Source of the DNA: an uncultured Acidobacteriota bacterium
GTDB lineage: Bacteria > Acidobacteriota > Polarisedimenticolia > J045
Length of the DNA: 49,473 nucleotides
Assembly (NCBI GenBank): GCA_964586535.1
Contig: CAZPJJ010000002.1
Coordinates: 1-49,473, forward strand
Direction: 5' to 3'
The notes below the pieces were generated by a model, which was given only the letters and a program-made list of their open reading frames with translations, did not search any database and was not told the origin of the DNA. Each line of letters starts with the position of its first letter. The stretch's first letter is position 1. Positions 8,538 through 16,731 of the stretch are shown here, in pieces. A program made the position numbers and the translations under genes.

Positions 8538-8783
8538 TCGGATCTGAGTCCGTGCTGGATTGGAGGACCGGCGTCCGCGCGGATCGCCGGACCAATGGCC
8601 GCTGTGACTCCCCGTAGCCTTCGCCACCCGTCGTCGCGCTCGTTCTCGCGTTGGTGGTCGCGAGTGACCGCGCTTCTCATCCCTTGAGCGATGAAGTGAC
8701 TCGACGTCGTTCCCGGTCATCCCCGCACGCGAATGTCGTTTCCCGCCCCTTGCGATTCGGTCTGTCCGTGCGCGCACCGCATC

Positions 8784-8821
8784 AGAGAAAGGGCCGGCCA
8801 CCCTCGCGGGCAGCCGGCCCC
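8784..8821 (-). terminator. Probable rho-independent terminator after the Cys-rich peptide gene
   Basis: The stem GGGCCGGC/GCCGGCCC (8791-8798 and 8813-8820) has a 14-nt loop and is followed on the minus strand by TTTCTCT. It lies 30 nt downstream of the stop at 8851. Confidence 0.5.
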
Positions 8822-8850
8822 GTGATGAGTCGATCAGGTCGTCAGCGCGT

Positions 8851-9024
8851 TCAGCAGTTGCAATTCGCGCCGCACTCGCAGCAGCTGCACGTCTCGCAGG
8901 AACACTCGACGCACGTGCAGCAACCGCAGGTGGCCGACTCGTTCTGCACGGTGTTGGCGACGACGAACGCACCGCCCGAGAGCACGGCGAGAGCCGCGAG
9001 GGCGATCATCAGCTTCTTCTTCAT
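8851..9024 (-). CDS. 57-aa exported or membrane-anchored peptide with an extremely Cys-rich tail
   Basis: The sequence is MKKKLMIALAALAVLSGGAFVVANTVQNESATCGCCTCVECSCETCSCCECGANCNC. The SD GAGGAG lies 7 nt upstream of the ATG. Twelve of the last 25 residues are Cys, and a terminator follows. Confidence 0.65.
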   Translation of the reverse strand: MKKKLMIALAALAVLSGGAFVVANTVQNESATCGCCTCVECSCETCSCCECGANCNC

Positions 9025-9090
9025 GGGAATACTCCTCGGATCCAGTTGATCCAAACCAACGTGTTCAGGACTCACGACGACGGGGTTCGA

Positions 9091-9501
9091 TCAGCGGGTC
9101 TTCGGAGGGGGCACATCGGGACGATCGGAGTGCGACGGGAGTTGAGCGGCCGAGACACGCTCGATCTCGACGCTCTCGCGAGCCTCGGTGACTGCAGGCG
9201 CCCGAAGCACTGCGACCGCGGTGCTGGGACAGCAGCGGAGGCACTGCATCGGCTGGCAGGGGCTTTCATCCGTCTCGCCGTCGTCGGCCGGCTGCGGCGC
9301 CGGGCACGAGGAGCAGCGAGACATCGACACGCGCACATCGGCGGGCTCGGCGGGATGCTTGGTATCGGGGTGCGAGTCGTCGCAGCAGCACGGCCCGGCG
9401 TGACCCTGGGCCTCGCCCGTGATCATCGGGACGGCTGCCAGCGGCTGACCGACGAGGGCCATCACGACAAGGAGGCAGACGATGCGCGCGGTGATTCGCA
9501 T
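9091..9501 (-). CDS. Exported Cys/His-rich protein, uncharacterised
   Basis: The sequence begins MRITARIVCLLVVMALVGQPLAAV (signal-like), followed by HAGPCCCDDSHPDTKHP, RCSSCP and CQPMQCLRCCP. Third-position GC bias is strong. An alternative TTG start lies at 9540. The gene is co-directional with the peptide gene and 66 nt upstream of it. Confidence 0.6.
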   Translation of the reverse strand: MRITARIVCLLVVMALVGQPLAAVPMITGEAQGHAGPCCCDDSHPDTKHPAEPADVRVSMSRCSSCPAPQPADDGETDESPCQPMQCLRCCPSTAVAVLRAPAVTEARESVEIERVSAAQLPSHSDRPDVPPPKTR

Positions 9502-9842
9502 GGCGACGCGGATTATCGAGCGAGTCACTCGAGCTATCAAGGGAGTTTCCAGAGATTGAGGATCGGCGCGCCGACGGGCGGGAGGAGAGGTCCACGCGCA
9601 TGTCCACCCACGGGAAGGTGCTCAGAAGCTCGCCAATGTTCGTACTTGACCGTAAGACCTGCTCGCGGTGCTCCCTCGCCTCGTAGGCTGGTCCGCGCGG
9701 AACCTCCGAGTCCGCCTTTCCTTCATTGCATCGAAGCACCCGCCCGGCCGAGGATCTTCCGACACCCAGCCGGAGCCGCGCCGCCGCTCCGCCGCCGCGG
9801 CCTGCCGCCGGCCACCGCGGCCCACCGTCCCAGGAGGTCTCC

Positions 9843-11495
9843 GTGCCGCTCCCACACCCGCTACCGTCCGAGGTCTTCAACCAGCCGCCGGCCCTCGAGG
9901 GGGTCAACCGCTTCGCCGGGGATCTGCCGCTCCGCGAGGCGGTCGAGCGTCACGGCGGTGCCGCGATCAACGACGCGGCGAACCGTCTGGGGGCTTGGGC
10001 GGGCTCGGCCGAGGCGATCGAGCAGGGCCGACTCGCCAACGCGAATCCACCGCGGCTCCGCACTCACGACCGCTTCGGCAACCGCATCGATCGCGTCGAC
10101 TTTCATCCGGCGTATCACGAGCTGATGCGGCTCGGGATCGAGGCGGGCGTGCACGCGCTGCCGTGGGAAGGGTCACGGCACGGGCATGTGGAGAGGCTCG
10201 CCCTGATGTATCTGCGCCACCAGGTCGACGAGGGGACGAGTTGCCCGCTGACGATGACGTTCGCGGTGATGCCGTCGCTGCGCGCCGAGCCCGCACTCGA
10301 GGCGATCTGGGCGCCGCGAGTCGTGTCGCGCCGCTACGATCCGCGCTTCGTGCCTGCGGAGCGGAAGGCCGGCGCGCTCTTCGGGATGGCGATGACGGAG
10401 CGCCAGGGCGGCTCGGACGTGCGCGCCAATACGACGCGCGCTGCGCGCGATGGAGAGCACGCGGGTGTGGCGACGTATCGCCTCACGGGGCACAAGTGGT
10501 TCTGCTCGGCGCCGATGAACGACGCTTTCCTCGTGCTCGCCCAGACCGAGGGCGGGCTGACGTGCTTCCTGGTGCCGCGCTTCCTGCCGGATGGCGGCGT
10601 CAACGTGATTCGCATCGAGCGCCTCAAGGACAAGCTCGGCAATCACTCGAACGCGTCGTCCGAGATCACGCTCGACGGGACGTGGGCGCAGCGAGTCGGC
10701 GAGGAGGGCCGCGGCGTCGCGACGATCATCGAGATGGTGCGCCACACGCGGCTCGACTGCGGGCTCGGGTCAGCGGCGACGTTGCGCCGCGCCGTTGCCG
10801 AGGCGATCCATCACGCAGCGCACCGCAGCGCGTTCGGCGCGCGTCTCGTCGAGCAGCCGTTGATGACGAACGTGCTCGCGGACCTCGCGTTGGAGTCGGA
10901 GGCCGCCACGGCGCTCGCTTTTCGCTTGGGCGAGGCGTTCGACAGGGCGGCGGGTGACGCGCGGGAACGCGCCCTGGCCCGTATGGCGACGGCGATCGCG
11001 AAGTACTGGATCGGCAAACGGTCCGTCGCGGGCGTCGAGGAGGCACTCGAGGTGCTGGGAGGCAATGGCTATGTCGAGGAGGGACCGCTTGCGAGGCTCT
11101 ATCGCGACGTGCCGCTGAACTCGATCTGGGAAGGATCGGGGAACGTGCAGTGCCTCGACGTGCTGCGCGCTGCGGCGCGGGAGCCCGAGACGCGCGAGGC
11201 GATGATGGAGGAACTCATCGCGGCGCGGGGCGCCGACCGCCGCTACGACGCGCGGCTCGAGCGCATCCACGCCGCGTGGAGCGATGGCACGGCCCTCGAG
11301 GCGCGAGCGCGACGACTCGTCGAGGATCTCGCTGTCGCGCTCCAGGCGAGCCTCTTGCTCCGCCACGGGCCTGCGAACGTGGCGGATGCATTCTGCGTGG
11401 CGAGGCTCGAAGAGCCGGGCGCGTGCTTCGGCACGTTGCCCGCGGGACTCCCGATGAAGGAGATCGTCGAGCGGCACCGCCTGAGAGAGCCCTGA
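9843..11495 (+). CDS. aidB: AidB-like acyl-CoA dehydrogenase
   Basis: The N-terminus VFNQPPALEGVNRFAGDLPLREAV...GRLANANPPRLRTHDRFGNRIDRVDFHPAYHELM parallels E. coli AidB. ACAD middle and C-terminal domains follow. The GTG start at 9843 lies 5 nt after AGGAGG. Confidence 0.9.
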   Translation: MPLPHPLPSEVFNQPPALEGVNRFAGDLPLREAVERHGGAAINDAANRLGAWAGSAEAIEQGRLANANPPRLRTHDRFGNRIDRVDFHPAYHELMRLGIEAGVHALPWEGSRHGHVERLALMYLRHQVDEGTSCPLTMTFAVMPSLRAEPALEAIWAPRVVSRRYDPRFVPAERKAGALFGMAMTERQGGSDVRANTTRAARDGEHAGVATYRLTGHKWFCSAPMNDAFLVLAQTEGGLTCFLVPRFLPDGGVNVIRIERLKDKLGNHSNASSEITLDGTWAQRVGEEGRGVATIIEMVRHTRLDCGLGSAATLRRAVAEAIHHAAHRSAFGARLVEQPLMTNVLADLALESEAATALAFRLGEAFDRAAGDARERALARMATAIAKYWIGKRSVAGVEEALEVLGGNGYVEEGPLARLYRDVPLNSIWEGSGNVQCLDVLRAAAREPETREAMMEELIAARGADRRYDARLERIHAAWSDGTALEARARRLVEDLAVALQASLLLRHGPANVADAFCVARLEEPGACFGTLPAGLPMKEIVERHRLREP

Positions 11496-11538
11496 GGCGG
11501 ACGGAGGAGAAGCCCGTCATCGATCGTCGACGGGTACT

Positions 11539-11991
11539 TCAGGCGGGCTTCTCCGCGGCGCGCTTGATGTCGTCGAGATCCTTCGCGCAGGTCGAGAGCA
11601 AGGACTTCTTGATCATCGGCGTCATGAGCCAGCCCATGATTCGCGCGGCGAAGGTGAGGGGAGTGGCCTGAAAGTCCATCGTCACACGCGTGCCGGTTGC
11701 TATTCCCGCGAAGGTGAAGCTGCTCTCGTAGCGTGTGCCGTGGCTCAGGGCGAGCAGTGCGACCCGCCGGGGCGCCACGATCTCGGTGACGGTTATCTCC
11801 TCGGTGGCTTCGCGGCCGAACATGACGCGCGTCTCGCGGAAACGCGTGCCGGCGGCGACGGGGCCCGGCGTGAGCATCTCGACGCGCACGATGCCCTCGA
11901 CGACGTTCGCGGCATTGGCGAAATCGGTCGCGAGCCGAAAGACCGCCTCGGGCGACGCGGCGATGTCGGCAGAGATCGTGGCGCGCATCAT
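11539..11991 (-). CDS. SRPBCC (START / polyketide-cyclase-like) family protein
   Basis: The 150-aa protein has the typical N-terminus (ISADIAASPEAVFRLATDFANAANVVEGIV) and the right size. Its start overlaps the upstream stop by 4 nt (ATGA). Confidence 0.8.
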   Translation of the reverse strand: MMRATISADIAASPEAVFRLATDFANAANVVEGIVRVEMLTPGPVAAGTRFRETRVMFGREATEEITVTEIVAPRRVALLALSHGTRYESSFTFAGIATGTRVTMDFQATPLTFAARIMGWLMTPMIKKSLLSTCAKDLDDIKRAAEKPA

Positions 11992-12644
11992 CTCACTCCG
12001 GGTGCGGACGCTCCGCGGCGCGTGAAGACGAACTCGACGACCTTGGCGTTGGTTTCGCCGATAGGGAGGTCGTGGAGTTCATAGATCATCGTGTCGGCGT
12101 TCGGGAATCTCCAGACGTACTTGACCATCTTGTCGTGCTCGCCCGTGAGGTACTCGTCGAGCGTACCGTAGCCGACGAGCGCGCCGGTCTTGGGGTCGAC
12201 GTCGCCCTCCCAGCGCAGCATCGCGGTATCCATCGACGAGACGGCGCTGGAGACGTACGACTGTTTGAAGTTGTCATACCCGAAGATCGCGAACCACTCG
12301 TTCGGCAAACCCATCATCGTTCCGGTACCGCGTGCCTGCAGCCAGCGGCCTTCCATGAGCCACGAGAAAGTCGCGCTTCCCTTCTCGGCCTTCGCGCCGG
12401 GCATCATCACGACGCGCATTTCGGTGTCCCATGTGCCGAGGAAGCGCTCGAGAAGCGCATGCTGAGCGCCGGGCGCGGTGAACTGCTTGGCCTTGGCCAT
12501 CATCTCGGCCATCTGCTTTTCGTCGATGGCCGGTGCGGGCGGTGCCGGTTTGGGGTCAGCGGCGTGCACGGGTGGCGTGGAGGCGGCGAGCGCGAGGGCT
12601 GCGGCGAGAAGGCTCGTGGCGGTGAACGCGGTTCGGAACGTCAT
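11988..12644 (-). CDS. Exported DUF1579-family protein
   Basis: The signal peptide is MTFRTAFTATSLLAAALALAASTPPVHA. The DUF1579-like core reads LLERFLGTWDTEMRVV...WLMEGRWLQ...FGYDNFKQSY. It forms the C-terminal part of the chimeric 654-aa track ORF. ATGA overlaps occur at both ends. Confidence 0.8.
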   Translation of the reverse strand: MTFRTAFTATSLLAAALALAASTPPVHAADPKPAPPAPAIDEKQMAEMMAKAKQFTAPGAQHALLERFLGTWDTEMRVVMMPGAKAEKGSATFSWLMEGRWLQARGTGTMMGLPNEWFAIFGYDNFKQSYVSSAVSSMDTAMLRWEGDVDPKTGALVGYGTLDEYLTGEHDKMVKYVWRFPNADTMIYELHDLPIGETNAKVVEFVFTRRGASAPGVR

Positions 12645-13792
12645 GGCGATTCTCCAGGCGGAGGCGAGTGAGCCTCGGATGGTGCGGCGTCCGCGCCGGC
12701 GCGTTCGGCGGCGAGACGACGGTAGATCTCGTAGCGAAGCAGGAGACAACCAGGGGGGCGCTCGAGAAGAGCACCGACTTCGGCGACGGCGGCCCCCGAA
12801 AACGGCGCAACGGGGACGAAAGCCGCGAAGAGGACCACGGCGACGAGTCCCGTCGTGACGAGCCGGGCGCGGGCGCGCTCCGGCCGCGCGCGCTCGAGAA
12901 GGCGCAAGCGCGCGAGAAGCTGCGAGCGCGGGCTGATGAAGCCGTGGACTCGAGGGCGTGGCTGCTCGACGAGGCGCAGAGCGACATCGAGGAGCGTGTC
13001 GCGATAGGCGCGGGCATCGCCGTCGAGGCGGCGAACGACCGCGCGGTCGCAGCATTGCTCGCGGAGCGCGGCGAGGCGGAATCCTGCGATCCAGACGAGC
13101 GGATGGAACCAGTACACGGCGGTGAGCGCACAGACGAGAGCGTCCCAGAGCGCATCGCGGTGTTTCACGTGGGTGAACTCGTGGAGCAGGACGTGATCGA
13201 GTTGCTCGGGTGAGTAGCGTGTCTCCACGTGGGCAGGAAGGAGCACGAGCGGCCGGAGGATCCCGACGACGCAGGGGCTTCGCACCGCCGGCGCGGAGAG
13301 GACCTGCGGCGTTCGCGCGAGCCCCGCGCGCCCGGCGGCGGCGTCGAAGCGCGCCTGCAAACCGGAAGGCCACGCAGCGCGAGCGCGGGCGCGCAGCGAG
13401 CGGGCGAGGGCAGCGTAATGGAAGACGCCGATCGCGACGAACGCCGCGGCGCCCGTCGCCCACACGAGAAACGCGGTCTCCGCGCCCGCGATCGCCGCGC
13501 TCTCGGCGTCGGCGCTCGCGAAGGCGACGGTGTCGATCGAGCGCGGCCAATAGGGGAGGGCGAGCGAGGCAGCCTGCCAGACGGAGAGCACTTCCGCGGG
13601 CACGATCAATCGCGCGAGAGCGACGACCCACAGCGCCGCACGCAATTCGGGCCAGGCGCGACGCGGGAGAACGGCGTCGATGGCCGCGGCGGCGAGCAGC
13701 GTGACCGTCGCTTGGAGCGCGAGCGGCGGTACGAACGCCCACCAAAACGCGGTTGCCTCGCGGAGGATCGCGGCATCCGAGAAGTCGGTCAT
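12641..13792 (-). CDS. BlaR1/MecR1-type M56 peptidase (membrane signal transducer)
   Basis: There are multiple N-terminal TM segments and the zinc motif LLHEFTHVKHRD. The gene pairs with a BlaI-type repressor through a 4-nt overlap. Confidence 0.85.
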   Translation of the reverse strand: MTDFSDAAILREATAFWWAFVPPLALQATVTLLAAAAIDAVLPRRAWPELRAALWVVALARLIVPAEVLSVWQAASLALPYWPRSIDTVAFASADAESAAIAGAETAFLVWATGAAAFVAIGVFHYAALARSLRARARAAWPSGLQARFDAAAGRAGLARTPQVLSAPAVRSPCVVGILRPLVLLPAHVETRYSPEQLDHVLLHEFTHVKHRDALWDALVCALTAVYWFHPLVWIAGFRLAALREQCCDRAVVRRLDGDARAYRDTLLDVALRLVEQPRPRVHGFISPRSQLLARLRLLERARPERARARLVTTGLVAVVLFAAFVPVAPFSGAAVAEVGALLERPPGCLLLRYEIYRRLAAERAGADAAPSEAHSPPPGESP

Positions 13793-14187
13793 CGGCGGCG
13801 ACCCTTCTTGGTGGGGCGGGGAGCGCTGTCGCGCTCGGCCTCGAGGAGCGCGCGCAGTTCGTCGCGATCCCTCGCGGTGAGCCGCTCGTCATCGACGATG
13901 TGGGAAATGAGCGCGCCGAAGGTGCCGCCGAAGGCTCGGCCCAGGAGGCCACGTACGGCTTGCCGTCGCGCGTCGGATCTTGAAATCAGCGGCGAGAAGA
14001 CGCCGGTGTTCCCGCGCCGCTCGACGGCGACCGCGCCCTTGTCGACGAGGCGCGTGAGCAAAGTCTTCGCCGTGGAATAGGCCCAGCCGGTCTGGTCGAC
14101 GACACGCTCGTGGACCTCGCGGACCGTCGCGGGCGCGCGTTCCCAGAGCGCGTGCATGACCTTCCACTCGGCATCGCTCAGTTCCAC
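13789..14187 (-). CDS. BlaI/MecI/CopY-family transcriptional repressor
   Basis: The sequence (V)ELSDAEWKVMHALWERAPATVREVHERV...WAYSTAKTLLTRLVDKGAV is the canonical winged-helix penicillinase-repressor pattern. The GTG start lies 6 nt after AGGAGA. Confidence 0.9.
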   Translation of the reverse strand: MELSDAEWKVMHALWERAPATVREVHERVVDQTGWAYSTAKTLLTRLVDKGAVAVERRGNTGVFSPLISRSDARRQAVRGLLGRAFGGTFGALISHIVDDERLTARDRDELRALLEAERDSAPRPTKKGRRR

Positions 14188-14195
14188 GGGGGTCT

Positions 14196-14236
14196 CCTGC
14201 TACAAGTGTGGCGGAAACTACGACGGTTGTAGCAGG
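14196..14236. promoter_or_regulatory. Candidate BlaI operator: a perfect 10-bp inverted repeat CCTGCTACAA-N21-TTGTAGCAGG overlapping the blaI-like RBS
   Basis: The arms lie at 14196-14205 and 14227-14236, with TACA/TGTA cores as in BlaI/MecI operators. The repeat sits immediately upstream of the repressor start codon. Confidence 0.5.
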
Positions 14237-14463
14237 CTGTCAATCGAAGATTCGGCAAGATGTGACCCGGTGAGACTAGCGAGATGGTAAGTTGCCACGG
14301 GGGCGCGTTCCCGCGACATGCGACGCGACGCTCCCCAGCCGCGGCGTCGGCCGCGCTGCGCCCGAAGAGCGGCTCTCGCGACCTTAGCGTGCAGGGAGGC
14401 GTGGCAAGCGACCGGCGTCCTCGGTGGAGCGCATCGCGAACACGAGGTTGGCGAGTGCGCTCG

Positions 14464-15942
14464 TCAGGGAATCGCGTCGCAAGCATCGACGTCGGGAGCG
14501 GTATTGGGCGTGAAGAAGAAGCGCTTGAGCTCCGGTGCGCCGGTGCCCTGATATCCATCGCCCCACGACGTGAATTCCCCCGCGTAGCGCGCGAGCATGT
14601 ACCAGGAGTCCCTGAGGTGAGCATCGTCGGGGACGGTCACGCGATCGAAGGGATGCGCTTTCGTCACGCAACGCACATCCGAAATGACGGTGCAGTCGAA
14701 CGCGCGGCTGCAGCCGGGCGCGAGGCGAAGATCCGCGATCGAGCCTTGAATGACGTCGAGAGGCTGGCCGGCCTGGGCGCCCTGACAGGCTCCCTTCGTG
14801 ACGCGGATGACGGGGTCGGCTCCGCTCGCGTCGACGACCTGGACACAGGCTTCCGCGGGAATGCCCTGCGCACGCGACTGGAACGCGAGTTGGACGGTCA
14901 CGGACTTGGTCTCGTTGGGCAGGATCGTGCCGAGATCGAAGCGCATGGAGCCGGCGACCTCGTCGCTCGCGAGGAACGCCTCGTTGGCGAGCGATTGGCC
15001 CTCGATGTCGCAGTGTTCGCCGACGACGGGCTTCATGCCGCCGGTTTGCGGAAGTCCCGCATCCCCGGGATTGTGACCCCGGTAGGAACCGAGGCCGTGC
15101 GCGTTCGGGGCGACGTTCGCCGAGAGTCCGACGTGGTCGGTGAACGTGCTTCCCGTGGGGAAGCCGTCGATGAGCCCGGAGTTGGTCGCGAATCCCGAGA
15201 TGTCGAAGCGATAGTCCTGATGGGCGCCCGCGGGATGCGGCAGATCGTCATAGGCAATCGAGGCCGTCGGCGTCTCGGTGTTGGCGGGGTGAGAGTGCGA
15301 GAGCTGATAGAGATGGATCCCCGTGATCGCTTCGGCGGTGATGTTGCGGATTTCATAGGTCTGCCGGAGCACGAAGGGATTGCTCAGTTCGTAGGGTTCT
15401 TCGCGCGCCATCCCCCGTCCCATGGCGACGCCGGTTCCCGTGTTGTCGAAGTCGTAGCGAATCGTCACCTCGAGGTGATCGTTGGCGATGACGGACGATC
15501 CTTCGAGGATTCCGTCGGCGTCTGGGTCGTCGGGAAATAGGACTTCCTGGAGGATCTGGAAATTGGAGTTCGTTCTCCATTCCGGGTAACGAAAGCACGA
15601 TTCGAGCCAGATCGGCTCCATCCCGTCGTAGGCGATCGCCGCGGCCCACTCCCCCGAGAACATCTCGTGGAGCGGCTCCGGCCCTCCGGGCAGGCGGGGA
15701 TCCGTCCGTGGAAACGGCGGCAGTGTGTAGACGCCGAAGTCGGAGTAGCCCGAGGGCGTGAATTGCATGAGCCAATGCGGATTGGCGTACACCGCGACCG
15801 GAATGGTGTCGAGTTCTTCCTGTGTGCAGACCGTGACCGCGGGAACGCATTCACGGTCGAGCGCCAGCGCGCGCGGAGTCGAGGCGAGGGGTGCGCACGC
15901 TGCGAGGCCAATAACGACGAAAGTGAGAGCGGGGCGCTTCAT
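14464..15942 (-). CDS. Exported hypothetical protein (492 aa), no family recognised
   Basis: The start MKRPALTFVVIGLAACAPLASTPRALA has the SD GGGAGG 7 nt upstream. Coding bias is good. The C-terminal third is Cys-rich. The upstream 376 codons of the 868-aa track ORF are Arg/Pro-rich antisense junk. Confidence 0.7.
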   Translation of the reverse strand: MKRPALTFVVIGLAACAPLASTPRALALDRECVPAVTVCTQEELDTIPVAVYANPHWLMQFTPSGYSDFGVYTLPPFPRTDPRLPGGPEPLHEMFSGEWAAAIAYDGMEPIWLESCFRYPEWRTNSNFQILQEVLFPDDPDADGILEGSSVIANDHLEVTIRYDFDNTGTGVAMGRGMAREEPYELSNPFVLRQTYEIRNITAEAITGIHLYQLSHSHPANTETPTASIAYDDLPHPAGAHQDYRFDISGFATNSGLIDGFPTGSTFTDHVGLSANVAPNAHGLGSYRGHNPGDAGLPQTGGMKPVVGEHCDIEGQSLANEAFLASDEVAGSMRFDLGTILPNETKSVTVQLAFQSRAQGIPAEACVQVVDASGADPVIRVTKGACQGAQAGQPLDVIQGSIADLRLAPGCSRAFDCTVISDVRCVTKAHPFDRVTVPDDAHLRDSWYMLARYAGEFTSWGDGYQGTGAPELKRFFFTPNTAPDVDACDAIP

Positions 15943-16098
15943 GACCGGCCTCCCGTATTCCCCTGCGGGTCGAGCCCGTGGACATGGGCGAGGGCCAGGA
16001 CCCGCTGACCGAAGGTCCCGGCGCCGGCGGCTAACTCGGGAACTCGCAAAAGTTACGGGGAGGGAGTCGCCGGAGCAACGGGCGATAGCGGATCGCTG

Positions 16099-16731
16099 AT
16101 GATCGAGTCCAGCGAGAGCCGCCAGGGGTGCCTGGAAGTACCATCTGGCCCGACGCACGCTCCGCGGGAGCGAGGGGAGGCGGGCCCCATCGTGGGTACG
16201 AGATCCGAGAACGGCATCCCCGCGCCCGATCTCGCCGAGATCCGCGCCGAGGTCGCCCGGGCCATCCGCGAACACTGTCCCCGCGGCCTCGCCTCGCGCG
16301 CGGACGATCTCGCCCAGGACGTGCTGGTCAAAGTCCTCGAACGCGCGCGGGAAAGTGAAGGAGAGCCCGTCCGCCATTCGTCCTACTGGCGAAGGGCTGC
16401 GTACCACGCGCTGATCGACGAGATCCGCCGCCAGCGCCGCCGCCGGGAGGAGAGCTTGGACCACGACTCCGCGGGAGACACCTGGGCCGCTCCGGCGCAC
16501 CACGATCCGGCTCGGCGCGCGCTCGGTCGCGAGGTCGGGGTCGCGATCGAGGAATGCCTGGCGGGGGTGCGCGAAGGACGGCGGCTTCCGGTCTTCCTCC
16601 ACCTGCAGGGGCACAGCGTGCCCGAGGCTTCGGGACTGCTCGGCTGGGCGACGAAGCGCACCGAGAGCGCGCTCCTCCGCGGACTGCAGGACCTTCGGGC
16701 CTGCCTCCGCTCCAAGGGGTTCGGACGATGA
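16099..16731 (+). CDS. ECF-type RNA polymerase sigma-70 factor
   Basis: Region 2 reads DDLAQDVLVKVLERA...YWRRAAYHALIDEIRRQRR. Region 4 reads RLPVFLHLQGHSVPEASGLLGWATKRTESALLRGLQDLRACL. The start is uncertain, and a GTG near 16192 is possible. Confidence 0.85.
   Translation: MIESSESRQGCLEVPSGPTHAPRERGEAGPIVGTRSENGIPAPDLAEIRAEVARAIREHCPRGLASRADDLAQDVLVKVLERARESEGEPVRHSSYWRRAAYHALIDEIRRQRRRREESLDHDSAGDTWAAPAHHDPARRALGREVGVAIEECLAGVREGRRLPVFLHLQGHSVPEASGLLGWATKRTESALLRGLQDLRACLRSKGFGR

Noticed and set aside
5840-9600. A genomic island integrated at tRNA-Gly (tRNA followed by the LTD lipoprotein, the Y1 transposase, non-coding DNA and the Cys-rich genes)
   Set aside because: I could not find a direct repeat of the tRNA 3-prime end downstream. 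There is no integrase gene, and the GC content of the coding parts matches the rest of the window. The idea stays speculative.
11506-11554. Long stem (GGAGAAGCCCG ... CGGGCTTCTCC) between the convergent aidB-like and SRPBCC genes, considered as a bidirectional terminator
   Set aside because: The 3-prime arm lies inside the SRPBCC coding region and no U-tract is present on either strand. The evidence is not strong enough to annotate.
16039-16068. ECF-type autoregulatory promoter (GGAAC ... GTC) upstream of the sigma gene
   Set aside because: The spacing between GGAAC (16039-16043) and the nearest GTC (16066-16068) is about 22 nt, against the usual 16-17 nt. I cannot support it as a feature.
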